64,000 nucleotides of DNA from Callorhinchus milii (lineage: Eukaryota). How positions within the stretch are numbered: position 1 is the stretch's first letter; the number at the start of each line of letters is the position of its first letter. Under the pieces are notes generated by a model that was not told the DNA's origin, searched no databases, and saw only the letters and a program-made list of their open reading frames with translations. Shown piece after piece: positions 52,632 to 64,000 of this stretch. The DNA is taken from positions 16,742,001 through 16,806,000 of the forward strand of contig NW_024704742.1 in the NCBI RefSeq assembly GCF_018977255.1, in the 5' to 3' direction. Both the position numbers and the translations under genes were made by a program.

Positions 52632-52812
52632 GTGGAGTCCTGTAGCTCAGTGGTCAGAGCACTCGCCTCACCAGTGAGAGACCTGGGTTTGATTCCCTGC
52701 CTGGGCAAAAGGTTGGGCAAGTTTCCTTACTCCACACTCCTCTGTTTACCCAGTAGTAAGTATGAACCTGGTTGTTAGTCGATTGGCGAATCACTTTTCC
52801 AGGGACAATAAT
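52632..52812 (+). mobile_element. tRNA-derived SINE long form, 5' half only
   Basis: Head plus cctctgtttacccagtagtaagtatgaacctggttgttagtcgattggcg; no tail. Confidence 0.82.
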
Positions 52813-53534
52813 ATACATTACAGCCCTTTGAAATACCCTTTGTTGAATCACAAACAATGGTATCTATCGTACCATCTTTTAAGTGCTAGTGTAGTAAATC
52901 ATGTGAGATAAATGGTATGCATATTGAAGGACTGCAGGGATGATATTGTTAACAATAGCAAGATCACTAGCCAATGTAAGAAGTACAAGCAGGTAATGGC
53001 TGAGACAAAAGTCTATGGATATGTGAAGCATTAAAGGAGCAAGATATTTAATTGTTAGTTATTGTTACTGAGGAGCCCCATTGGTAATTATTGCAGATAA
53101 CTGAATGTACTTCCGGCTCTTGTTTAAAGTTCGGGGGAAATTTATTATTGATCAATGGAAGTTTGTGATGCATGTAAATAGCAGACCACCAATGAATCAG
53201 TAGTCTGATTTCAGGAAGCAATCCTGCTTGTGCAGAAAATAATATATTTTTTTATTTTAACAGCTAGATTGCATCAACCTGTATCTTTGATTCAGCAGTA
53301 CTTAGCAAGCATTTAGTGACAGGATGGAATAGCATCTGCCACAATTGAATTTTAGAAGGTCAAATTATTTACATACATACGTCCTTCAGTCTTTCAGTTC
53401 AGTGGTTTGTACTCCTCCCTTTGGAAAACTCATTATTGGAGAATCATATTATAACTATTATTGGTTCTTTCCCTTTGTTTTTTAGTCTTTTGGGTTCTTT
53501 ATTTTGTTTAGGTGTTAGTAGGTGTTAGGTACAA

Positions 53535-53830
53535 TGCATAATGGCTGAAAGTCCGCCCACTGATGGTGGGGCAGATAGGTGAGGGGCGCGAAGCAAGCCA
53601 GTGTTTGCTGGGCAAAAGGAATGGCCGGTACAGTGAAGTTCAAGGAGGTTGCAGAGGTAGAGTGTGACAAGACGTTGGAGGGATTTGAACGTGAGAACAA
53701 GGATCTTGTATCAGTGTGTTTCTGGATTGAGAGCCAATGGAGCCAAGCGAGAATGGGGATTATAGGTTTGTGGAGCCTAGCAAAGGGAGAGGACATGGGC
53801 TGCAGAGTTCTGGATAGTCTACGGTCTATG
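53535..53830 (-). mobile_element. Degraded L2 fragment
   Basis: IIPILAWLHWLSIQ on the minus strand; gcagagttctggat (IQNSA). Confidence 0.75.
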
Positions 53831-54165
53831 GAGAGAAGAGCTGAGATATTTTAGGAAAGGGAAATAAGTTAGCATGTTGTGCAAAGCATATGTTGAAAGC
53901 CCTATCCACCCCATCATCAGTAGGATGGCTTTCAGCCATTGTATCCTGCACAGGTGAGGAGTTCACTAAATACCCACGCACAGAGAAAGGTTATATAGCT
54001 CAAATTGTGGAAGATAGTAAGCAGAGTGAATGCAAAACTACATTTCAACTGCATTTATGACTGACATTTTGAGAGTATACCTGCAAGCAACTAATCGGTG
54101 AATCGCATCCGTCAACAGTTAAATAAGCATTCCCCTTTTCACCACAAAGCTGAGAAAAGTGGTTT

Positions 54166-54498
54166 GTGGAGTCCTGTAGCTCAGTGGTTAGAGCACTTGC
54201 TTTGCAAGCAAGACACCTGGGTTCAATTCCAGGCAGGGCGAAACCTTGGGCAAGTTTCCTTACTCCACACAGAGCCTAATAATAATCCCTCCAAAAAACC
54301 CAAAAACAATAATAAATTGGTCATTTTCAATCTACGACTGTTTGTGGGACATTGCTGTGCGCAATTGGCTGCCGCGTTCGCCCAAAAATATACAGTCAAT
54401 TCACTTTACAGTATATTCTGTGAAGCGCTTTGGGACGTCCTCCCGACGTGAAAAGCGCTATATCAAATGCAAGGATTATTATTATTATTATTATTATT
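54166..54498 (+). mobile_element. tRNA-Ala-derived SINE, young short subfamily
   Basis: Near-identical to 51131-51459, including the cacagagcct variant. Confidence 0.95.
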
Positions 54499-55721
54499 TA
54501 ATTTACCGCATTTTGTAGAAAACATTTATGTTTCCTGAAAACAATTTCTGCAGAAGATTAAGAAGAGATTTTACTTCATCTGTTGAACCTAATTTAAGTG
54601 CTGTGTATGGTGATTCCTGGAGTGTTGTAGCGGTCAAGAAAAGGCGTTCCAGTCATCTCCCATCCAGAAGCACTCAGACAGAAAACCAATACTTCAGTAT
54701 TCATGATGCAGTAAGACAGTCCCTGGGGTAATAATAAGGCAACTATTTATCCCTTCCCTCACAGATATCCTGAGTGTAAAGTAGAGTCCAGTACAGAAGG
54801 AATAGCCGTGAGCGTAGAATTCCATAACAGCAAAAAAATTCCAAATAACCGTAAAGTTCATCTTCTTCCCACTTTTTAAAGTGAAGCAAAATTTACTGCG
54901 GCTTCAAGTTGTGGCCTGACTTAACCACAACTCAAGTGGTATATTCTATTTGACTGGTTAATGCTTCACTTAGGTCTAATTGGCAAAAGGGGTTGGAAGT
55001 ACTAATTCGGATTTACATAATGCCATGACACATCATTTGTTTATTAGTGCTAACATCTTGTAAGACCACTTTTTGATCATTGCAAATATAAATGCTGCCT
55101 GCCACTTTTTGGGGGGAAAAGTTTGAGGCAAAAGCAGTTTCGTGTTCATCAAAGTAAGCATGGAGAATAGAACACATTTTCCATCTTAATGTTTAATGTC
55201 GCCAACTATTCCTAGATCTGTTACAATATGGGCCATATGTAAATCAAGCTCCCTCTTGCTCTGCCTAAGTAATGTGCCTTATTTTTTCTTTCCTCACTGG
55301 GTTGAGCACACAAATTTATTTCATGTTTCTTGTTTCCTAAGGTCCCTTAAGAAAATAGGGATTGTGGCAGAGATGTAACTTATTGTCCTGATGTTAGCCT
55401 CACCGCTTGTTGAAATCAGATAAGTCCTTTAGAAAAACAGTTGAGAAAAATTTTCTTATAGAAAAACAATGGAGTGAAATTTGTGGCTGCTCCTGAATCC
55501 GTTCATTGCCTTAATTATCACAAGGAGCAGGTTAAGGAATACCGCAAACGTGTTCCTTATTTATCACTTCTCACTTACCTCAGTAATGAAATGCAACTCT
55601 CAGTCCCTAATCCACACAGCAACTCTCAGCCACACAATTAATAAAAACACAGGAAACTGCTTATAGAAGTGTAAACATTGGTAGAGTACATTTACATCAA
55701 AACATGTTATCAAGCAGGTAG

Positions 55722-55983
55722 ATGTCAACTTGGCTCAGTTGGTAGAACTTTTACTTCTATGTCAATTGTTGTGGGTTCAAGCCCCATGTTGGGACCTGAC
55801 TGCTGGACTAGCTTGACAATCCCTCAGATAAAATTGATCATTCATATCATGGCTGCTTGTCGAATATTGCCTTGTACAATTTGGCTGCTGCATTGCTTAC
55901 AAAGCAGAGTCTCTACACTTTACAGTAAGTCCTATTAAGCATTCTGAGATATCTTCCTGACATGAAATGCATTATTGTTATTA
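55722..55983 (+). mobile_element. Deu-family SINE with the central domain deleted
   Basis: tgtcaacttggctcagttggtag..gtgggttcaagcccca head joined to the acaatccctcagataaaattgatcattca 3' body. Confidence 0.65.
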
Positions 55984-57412
55984 TAACTCAATGAAACTCC
56001 ACAAGTTCGCCATAATGTACTTGTCACTTATTACATCCAGCAGCAGAATTCAGAAACAAAGTTTATGAGGATTTACACATGCAAGTTTCATCATGAATAT
56101 TGTTCAGAATAATTAGGAGAATAAATACGCTAGATATTGGGCATGCATTCCTCTGGCAAAAAACAGTGGAAAGGGATCCCAAAACCTGGGTAAAACAGGT
56201 AGAAGTGAGATCAGAAAACATTCCCCGATGAAGAGGATTTTAAAAAGGTGGAATGAACAGGCATCAGAGGGTAAAGAAGGGAGATAGATGTGTACTTGCA
56301 TTACAAGAGTATTGTGGAGTATGGGAGAAAGGTGGGGAAGTGGGATTGAAACATCAGCGAGGAACTACTGAACTGGCAAAATGCCTTGGTGGACCAAATG
56401 ATCTCCATCTGTTCCTATGTGAATCCCATTACAAATCGTTGCTTTTTTATCCTGGTTTTGTATTACAATTTAATATAATCTGACAGGCCTGCTATTTGAT
56501 TGCAAACCCTCTATTGTGGTCACGAAACATATATTCAATGATTGTCACTTGCACAGCCTTCCTCTCTCAAGGGACAAAAATTATATGCTGCAGTTATTCA
56601 TTGAATGCTTTCATTATAATTCAGTTTTCATGCTAACTAACGAAGTTCCCTACTGCACATTTTTTTAAGCATCTGTCTTTTTTTTCCAAAGAAATGATGT
56701 TAACAACCAATTTATCGCCCTTGAAAGCAATTGATATTATACTGGTAGGGTTGAAGTTGACAGAAATGAGCATCAATGATGTATATTTCACACATGAAAT
56801 TTAAAATTTTAAATGTGAAATACGGAACAAAAAAAAGCACACAACTCATCTAAACTATAGCTCTATGTAGTAACATTGAGTAAGTGTATGCAAATGACAC
56901 ATTAGTGCAACAATACATGTTGTCCATTTTGTAATTATAAAAGCAAATCATTCACATCACAAGACTTTAACTTTGGGATATATGTTGCTGTTCGCTGACA
57001 AAACAGTCACTATACTTTAGGTAACAATGCAGTGAAGTCATCCTGATATGAAAAGCGCTATAACAAAAGCAAAGATTATTATTGTAAACGGTTTAAATGA
57101 AGATATGAACGAATTAAAGCAAAAGATGAGTGGTTCATGGACACCGATTCTATTGACAAGGTTCAGTGGTAGGCCATACACACTTGCTCCTGTCAGCTAT
57201 TTTTCTAATGTAGCATAGTCAGATTTGTGAAAGATACCAAAAGGGTTTGTAAATAGTGAATCTAGCAGGTGGGTAAACCTCGAACCTCCAGTTGGACACA
57301 CATCTCATCTCCTGTCCTCTGCGTGTCAGGAATTTCCCTTTGACCCCAATCCAGAAATTACAGTTGAGATTGGTACCCATTCCAAGCACAATTTCAGAAG
57401 GAGTACTGCCTC

Positions 57413-59610
57413 AACAACAACAACAACTTGGATTTATATAGCGCCCTTCACACCGGATGGCATCGCAGAGCGCTTCACAATGACAGATCCCGGGGAGGGG
57501 GAGGAAGGTGACCAAAAGTGCAATCAAAAAGAAGGATCTTCAGCAGAGAGCTGAAAATAGGAAGAGAAGGGGTGAGGCGAAGGGAGTGAGGGGGTTCCAG
57601 AGCCTTGGGGCGTAGTCGCTGAAGGCACGGCCGCCGATGGTTGAGCGGAGGATTCGGGGGACAAGAAGGAGGCCAGACCCAGTGGAGCAAAGACAACAGG
57701 CACTGTTTTGAGGAGAGAGGGGTCAGAGAGTTAGGGGGGTGCGGAGGAGTGGAGGGATTTGAAGACAAGGGTGAGGATCTTGAAGTCGATCCTCTCTGGG
57801 ACAGGAGGCTAGTGCAGTCTGTCAAGGACAGGGGTTACCGGGAGCGGAGTTTGCTGTGGGTAAGAATGTGGGCAGCAGAGTTTTGCATGACCTGGATTTT
57901 GGGAATGATAGTGGGGGGGTACTGGTGAGGAGGGCATTTGAATAGTCCAGCCGAGAGGTGACAACAGCATGGACCAGGGTTTCAGTGGCTTTTGGAGTGA
58001 GGTATTTACGCAGACGGGCAATGCGTCGGAGGTGGAAGAAAGCGGTGCTGGTGAGGGACTAGATGTGGGGGAGGAAGGATAATTGGGGGTCGAAACTGAT
58101 GCCTAGGTTGCGTATGGGGTCGGAGAGTTTTAGGAGGAGGTCGGGTAGGTAGAGGAGGTAAGAACCATGTGATTTAAACGTTGACGAGAGCCAAAGAGTA
58201 TGGCTTCTGTCTTGTCAACATTCAGCTCAAGGAAATTCGCGCTCATCCAGCTCCTGATGTCTGACAGGCAGGCTGACAGAACATCAGGGGACTGGGGGTC
58301 GCAATGTGAGGTGGAAAAATAGAGTTGGGTGTCGTCTGCATACATGTGGAAGTGTACCCCATGACTGCAGATGATATCCCCAAGAGGGAGCATATAGATC
58401 AGAAAGAGGAGGGGGCCAAGGATGGATCCTTGGGGTACCCCGCAAGTAACCGGGTGAGAGCGGGAGGAGAAGCCGTTTGTGCAGATGTACTGCTGGCAGT
58501 TCGTGAGGTAGGACTCGAACCAGGCGAGTGCGGTCCGCTGAGGTGGATGACGGAGGAAAGGCGGTGGAGGAGGATGGCGTGAGCCCTGGTCACAGATAGA
58601 GAGGATGTCATTTGAGCGTTTCACAAGCGCAGTCTCTGTACTGTGGGCAGGGTGGAAACCGGACTGGAGGGGTTCGAAGAGGGAATGGGAGGATAGGTGT
58701 GTGAATTCTAGGACTTTTGTGAGGAAGGGCAGGTTAGAAATGGGGTGGTAGTGGTTGGGGTTTGAGGGATCTAGGGAAGGTTTTTTGAGGAGGAGGAGGG
58801 TGATGACAGCAGTTTTGAGGGGGGCAGGGACTGATCCAGAGGAGAGGGACTGGTTGATGACATCAGCCAGTAGTGGGCAGAGGAGGGGGAGCTGGGTGAC
58901 CAGCAAGTTGGTGGGGAGGGGGTCGAGGCAGCAGGTGGTGGGTTTCATTGAGGTGATGGTGGGTGAGAGGGAGGAGGAAGAGATGGGGAGGAAGGAATGT
59001 ACGATGGGGGTCGTGGTAGGAGCTGATGATGGGGAGGGTGAGGGGGATGGAGAGGGGGTGGTGGTGTGTGACAAGAGGCAGGAGGATGAGGCTGCTTAGC
59101 GGATGTTATGTATTTTGGATGAAAAGAAGTCCATGACCTCCTTGCACTTGGCATTGGATGTGAAGATTGAGGAGACCTGAGGGGATGCATGGAGGAGATA
59201 GTGGGTGATGGAAAAAAAGACTTTGAGATTGTTTTTTGATTCCAAGATGATGTTGGAGTAGAAGCCGTTTTCACGCGCATCAAAAGATGGTGGTAGCTGT
59301 GAAGATGCTCGAGCCACAGTTGGTGATAAACTGTCAGTCCAGTTTTCTGCCATCTGCGCTCAAGCAGCCGGGTTTGGGTTTTTAGGCAGCGGAGATGAAT
59401 GTTATACCAGGGGGATCGGGTGGGTTTGGAGATGGTCCTGGATTTCAGGGGGACGAGGGAGTTGAAAATGGAGGAGAGGCGATCACGGAGCAGCTGGACA
59501 GCAGCTTCAGGATCTCTGCAGGTGGAATGCCAGAGGGATAGTATATTTGAGGATGTGAGGGACTTTGTGAGGGTCTCAGGGGGTAGCCTTTTCCACGAGT
59601 GGTAGATCAC
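57413..59610 (-). mobile_element. L2 LINE (family B), ~2.2-kb 5'-truncated copy with degraded RT domain
   Basis: Motifs PWYN..LKTQTRLLERRWQKT, YHPISNLPFLTKVLE, QSGFHPAHSTETAL, GVPQGSILGPLLFLIY, YADDTQLY and LNVDKTE; frameshifts and deletions; (CAA)n tail. Confidence 0.95.
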
Positions 59611-59933
59611 AATACTGCTAGCTCCAGGATTCGTCAGTTATAAATGCTTTAATGACTCACGAAAATTAGATACCAAAAATAACAAAACAAAATATTTCTC
59701 AAATCTGAAAATGAATGGAGTACCATTCCCTGGAAAAGTAGTTCACCATAAAGTCTCTGGCCTGCAGAAATTAAGAGCCATTGTACTAACCTCTCCCCAT
59801 GATCTGATTTGTTGTTCTGCACCAGATTATGACAACAAAAAGTGAATGTTAAACAAAGCAAATTAAGTTACAAGCAACTCCAGCGACTAGCAATTACAAT
59901 AAAAGAACCCTTGCTTCAATTTCAAGATGGTGT

Positions 59934-60591
59934 TGTTAGAAAATAAAATCAGCCAAATCTGTAAGGAAATAATGCTAATTCCTCTAACCAAATATCAGAC
60001 TGTTTTATTATTATTTGTTTGTTATTCCCCAATATCCCAATGGGTCAGACCAAAGGCCGGTACAATCAACAGATCTTATAACAGAATAACACCACTATAG
60101 ATATCTCGAGTTCAAGAGTTCAACACTGTGTCTTTACAGCACACAAGCTTGATTCTTCATGCTTTCAGTCTTGTTGCTTACAGCTTTCAATCTTCCATCT
60201 GATATCCTCAGTCTTAGTGTTTCCAGCTCTCAGTCTTCCATCTCCGTACCCTTGTCTCCGCAGCCCGGGATGGCCCCATCTCCCGTATCCTTGTCTCCGC
60301 GACCCGGGACGGCCCCGTACACAAAGTTATCGGAACTCTTATACTAATGTTCATCCAATCATGGTGCAGACATTAGATCACCCGGTCGAAATCATGCCGG
60401 GTTCACATGAACGCCTCATGGGGTGTACGTGCCTCACACACACAAACACACTGTCCTTGAGACAGTCCGTTATCTCGTGTACGTGCAGAGAGTTTCAGTC
60501 CAGCTGCCCACAACACACTTAACTTAAAAGTTAACCCGTTCGCAACATCTATTATGATTCTAACATTATACAAAAAGTGTAAATTCTAACA
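59934..60591 (-). mobile_element. Solo LTR (658 bp), antisense to the host gene
   Basis: TG...CA termini with 8-bp inverted ends tgttagaa/ttctaaca; 4-bp TSD gtgt (59930-59933 and 60592-60595). On the minus strand: ATTGG about 60356, TATAA about 60341, AATAAA 60004-60009. CpG-rich. Confidence 0.8.
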
Positions 60592-60821
60592 GTGTCAATC
60601 ATGAGTTGAAAGTGAAGAAGAGAAAAATGTCTTGGGAGAAACTTCTCGGAAAGGTGGATTGCCACAGCAAATGAACCCAAATTCTGTCCTAAGTGATGCA
60701 GTCAGATTTCGTTGTAACATGATGACTTGAGTCTGTATAATTGGACACCACATTTTGACGGATTATGCTATAGAGCAGCAGCCAGTCAGCACTTCCTGGT
60801 TGCAGCTCATTGATGTCACCA

Positions 60822-61250
60822 CCACAACAATGACAAAATTACATTTATAGAGCACATTTCACGTCGGGAGGACGTCCCAAAGCACTGAACAGTCAGGTGT
60901 CGGGGCCCGAGCATGGGGAAGGGGTGGGGTAGGAATGAGGGAAGGTAGAGAGGTGGGAGGGAGACCAAAGGCACGGTCGAAGAGAAGGGTCTTGAGACCG
61001 GCCTTGAAGGAGGCAAGGGAGAAAGCGAGGCGAAGGGACCGTGGGATGGAGTTCCAGAGTGTGGGGGAAGAGAGGCTGAAAGCCCGGCCACCGATGGTAG
61101 GGCGGGTCGGGTGGGAGAGAAGGCCGGAGCCCGATGAACGGAGGGAGTGGGGAGGTTGGTAGGGAGTCAGCAGGTCTGAGAGGTAGGAGGGGGCAAGGCC
61201 ATGGATGGCCTTAAAGGTGAGGACAAGGATGAGGTGAGGATGAGGATGAG
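60822..61250 (-). mobile_element. L2 3' fragment (family A)
   Basis: Encodes [49 protein letters not shown] plus the tail. Confidence 0.93.
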
Positions 61251-61554
61251 TCACCAAACCTGACTGTGCCTTTGCACAGGAAGCCTGCAACCAGCAACTC
61301 GTAAATGTACTGAGGATCCGTGCATCTTGGAATTGTACCGCACTTTTGGTATACTCTAAGGCCACAGTGCTGTACTACCCATACTGACATCCAGACCAAC
61401 AGACATCTTTGAGACGTCTCAAAGCACTTTACAAAATTTACTGTAAGGTGAATTGACTGTATATTTTGTGAGCAAAATGCAGCAGCCAATTGTGCACAGC
61501 AATGTCCCACAAACAGTTATGGATTGAGTGACTAATTTTTTTATTTTCCAAAGC

Positions 61555-61897
61555 GCCGGGTTCTTGGAATGCCCTGGTTCAGCCGTGTTATTAATGACAT
61601 AGAGTCAGCTAAAACCAGCTTACCTCCAGTGTGCAGTGACATAGCGAGGATGCGTCACTCACTCTTTGGACATATCCGCTCAATGGACGAATGGTGGTCT
61701 GCCCACTGGGCTCTCGCACTTGTTGTTGAGATGTACCACATATGGAGGTGACACCATGGCATCTGAGACATACCTGGGCATGATAATTCAGGGTGAATTC
61801 AGGCCTTGAACCTCAGAAAGCCTGGGATACTGTCCATGATCAGCTGCTGTGGAGATTTTGACAACCCAACACTGGTCATGGACTGTAGTAGTAGTAT
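61555..61897 (+). mobile_element. Degraded RTE-clade LINE 3' end
   Basis: RVLGMPWFSRVINDI..LPPVCSDIARMRHSLFGHIRSMD..AHWAL fits the RTE C-terminal pattern (ILG..W....N...R...FGH..RM); ends in (GTA)n. Confidence 0.65.
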
Positions 61898-62159
61898 TGC
61901 CCATACAGTAACAGTAAATGACTCACACAGGTTAACTATGAATAAAGAGAGTGCATGTTAAATCACTGGAGAACAAAATAATGGGAGACTGCATGATTAA
62001 ATAGGTTAGCAAGCTGACCTGTCACTTCTGAGACTCATGTGTGAATATAAACCCTCACTGTTGACTGAAAGCTTTTTTTGTCTGACTGTGAGGTTCCAAT
62101 ATGAAGTGAACTTCAACAGTCTCAACTCAGTTTTAGTAAGTGTGGGCTCTCAACACAAA

Positions 62160-62545
62160 AAGCTTCATGGGATTCAGTGTGAAGCATAGTGACTGTCTAT
62201 TTAGTGTAGGTGAACATGGCAGCCAATATGTGCAATGTCGTTTAATTAGCCATTAAGTGAATACACATTTTGGATCCGGTCAGGAGGATTGTTGGTCAGG
62301 ACACCTGGAGAAAATCCTTTCTCTTTGCAGTCAGAAAAGATTTTAAAGAGCCATAGGATCACCGGAACAGGCAGACGGGGCCTGTTTAACTTCTCATCCG
62401 AAGGATAGCACCTCCGACAATGCAGCACACTTCGAGCACAGCATTGGAGTGTCAACTTAAACTATGAACTCAAATTCCTGATGTGGGATTTGAACCCACT
62501 GCCGTCTGCCGCATGGGGAAAATTTCTAGCAACTGAGCTAGGACA
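62160..62545 (-). mobile_element. Deu-domain SINE
   Basis: acaggcagacggggcctgtttaacttctcatccgaaggatagcacctccgacaatgcagcac..ggagtgtca, then a gggatttgaaccc B box and tagcaactgagcta A box. Confidence 0.82.
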
Positions 62546-62705
62546 TATAGAAAGTTACAGCACAGAAGAAAGCCATTCAGCCAATTGTGGCATGCGGGAC
62601 TCTAACCTTACGATGTCTGTTAAATTAGTTTTTATATGACATCTCTTCAGTCTCTTGGCACCAAATGAGTAATTAATTATGCCTACTATGTTGTTACAAG
62701 TAATG

Positions 62706-63040
62706 AATAATAATAATAATGATAATCCTTGCATTTGATATAGCGCTTTTCACATCAGGAGGACGTGCCAAAGCGCTTCACAGAACACACTGTAAAGTGA
62801 ATTGACTGTATATTTGTGGGCGAACGCGGCAGCCAATTGTGCACAGCAATGTCCCACAAACAGTCATAAATTGAAAATGACCAATTTATTATTGTTTTTT
62901 GTTTTGGAGGGATTATTATTAGATGTGTGGAGTAAGGAAACTTGCCCAAGGTTTCGCCCTGCCTGGAATTGAACTCAGGTCTCTCGCTTGCAAAGCGAGT
63001 GCTCTAACCACTGAGCTACAGGACTAACCACTGAGCTACA
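62706..63040 (-). mobile_element. tRNA-Ala-derived SINE, young, with duplicated A-box segment
   Basis: Matches 254-581; ctaaccactgagctacag is tandemly repeated at the head. Confidence 0.93.
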
Positions 63041-63360
63041 GAATTGTCCTTGTGTATGTGTGTGTGTATTTTGGCTAATTGTCTTATGACATCTTTTACA
63101 ATTTAACTTGTTTTCTTTTACTTTGTGTCTGGTTAGTTTCAAATGTTTTCCATAGTGATTTTTGTTTCTCCAATAAACTGACAGGGCAAAAAGGCTTTGG
63201 TTCAGCTGCCCGCAAGCCTTTGCAATTAGGTATCTTGACCAAAATAAATTTTTTTACACAGCTTCAAATGAGCTTTTAATAACCATCGATTTGAATGGAT
63301 TTTTTCCTGCAATGTCATCCACATGTCTCAATAGATGGTCTTGTCTTGTGTTTTGAACAG

Positions 63361-63486
63361 AATGCAGTGACAAGGAGTTCAGAGAAGTTGCCTCCAGACT
63401 AAAGGACTGGTTCAAAGTACTGCACGAAAATGGAAACTACAATAAGAAGAGTCGCGGACTTCAGAGACAAGACAAGGATAGAGTTA
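63361..63486 (+). CDS. SPOCK3: Testican (SPOCK3-like) internal coding exon, start of SPARC/EC calcium-binding domain
   Basis: Acceptor ttttgaacAG at 63359-63360; consensus donor GTAAGT at 63487. 126 bp, phase 1 to 1. Encodes (E)CSDKEFREVASRLKDWFKVLHENGNYNKKSRGLQRQDKDRV, matching the CSD.EFREVA.RL.DWFK.LHE motif. This frame is absent from the ORF track. Confidence 0.92.
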
Positions 63487-63597
63487 GTAAGTGCTTGCAG
63501 AAATGCCACAAGGACACAGTTAACGAGTGCCCTCAGAGACAAGGATATAGTTAATAAATACTCTGAGAGACAAGACAAGGACACAGGTAGCAAGTAC
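63459..63597 (+). repeat. Degenerate 36-bp tandem repeat (4 units) spanning the exon/intron junction
   Basis: Units 63459-63494, 63495-63530, 63531-63561 (5-bp deletion) and 63562-63597; consensus about cagagacaagacaaggayayagttaryaagtrc. Confidence 0.85.
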
Positions 63598-64000
63598 AGG
63601 CAGCATGTTAGAATTTTTTATTAAATTGTTCCAACAGAAACATGACATATTGGGAGTAAATGTGCAATGTGTGATATTGCAGGAACACTATATGTGCTTG
63701 TTCTTGTCCCATACATAAACACTTGTTTGTAGCTGAGCACACCGCCACCAACATACCCACACACACACAAATGATTAGCTTCTCTCAGGCTTCACTCTGC
63801 TTGTCCATGTAAATTGCACCTGGGTCTGGACTTAGTATATTAACATAGCATTTTAGAGTGTTCAGAATTAGGCTAATTGTTAAATTCAATTTTAACTTTG
63901 ATGCCCGTTTCCATAGTTTTTTTTAAAAAAAACTTAAATAAAATCAGCTTCAAAATTAAAAACTAAACTGTATTTAGAAATGTCCCAAATTCTGCAAATT

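Noticed and set aside
56783..56822. AT-rich quasi-palindromes (also at about 28465-28481 and 29250-29270)
   Set aside because: Short and low-complexity; expected by chance in AT-rich intron sequence.
58130..59074. 314-aa ORF with a YADD reverse transcriptase motif as a functional or domesticated RT
   Set aside because: It is part of a 5'-truncated L2 with deletions (the LDLS.AFD motif is missing) and frameshifts on both sides.
63483..63484. GT at 63483 as the exon donor
   Set aside because: It would end the exon in phase 0. GTAAGT at 63487 is a consensus donor and keeps phase 1, which I recall is the phase of this junction in the family.
63459..63597. 36-bp periodic repeats (and the 46-bp repeat at 13071) as CRISPR-like arrays
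   Set aside because: The units are contiguous with no unique spacers, there are no cas genes, and the context is a vertebrate intron.
63399..63624. ORFs 63430-63624 (+) and 63399-63593 (-)
   Set aside because: Alternative frames over the real SPOCK3 exon and the 36-bp repeat; the homologous frame is CSDKEFREV...

Overview
Eukaryotic vertebrate genomic DNA, AT-rich and repeat-dense. The repeat inventory (Deu-domain SINEs, tRNA-Ala SINEs with L2-type tails, L2, CR1, Penelope-type terminal repeat) points to a cartilaginous fish, possibly a chimaera; this is inference, not checked. The window lies inside one + strand gene, a testican, most likely SPOCK3. Three internal coding exons (5059-5185, 11441-11546, 63361-63486) splice in frame across introns of 6,255 and 51,814 bp and encode the Kazal domain and the start of the EC domain. 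Nearly all other ORF-track entries come from repeats or are noise. I found no evidence of a novel protein-coding system. The most interesting structure is non-coding: (1) a TSD-flanked inverted Penelope-type terminal repeat with a minimal hammerhead-ribozyme core (about 27961-28415); (2) an antisense solo LTR with TIR and TSD (59934-60591); (3) a four-step series of SINE domain shuffling and a SINE/L2 shared 3' stem-loop with covariation; (4) two fold-back hairpins of pre-miRNA size inside LINE fragments; (5) a 36-bp tandem repeat overlapping the splice donor of the last exon; (6) several nested insertions. Repeat boundaries were read by eye and are approximate unless a TSD is quoted.
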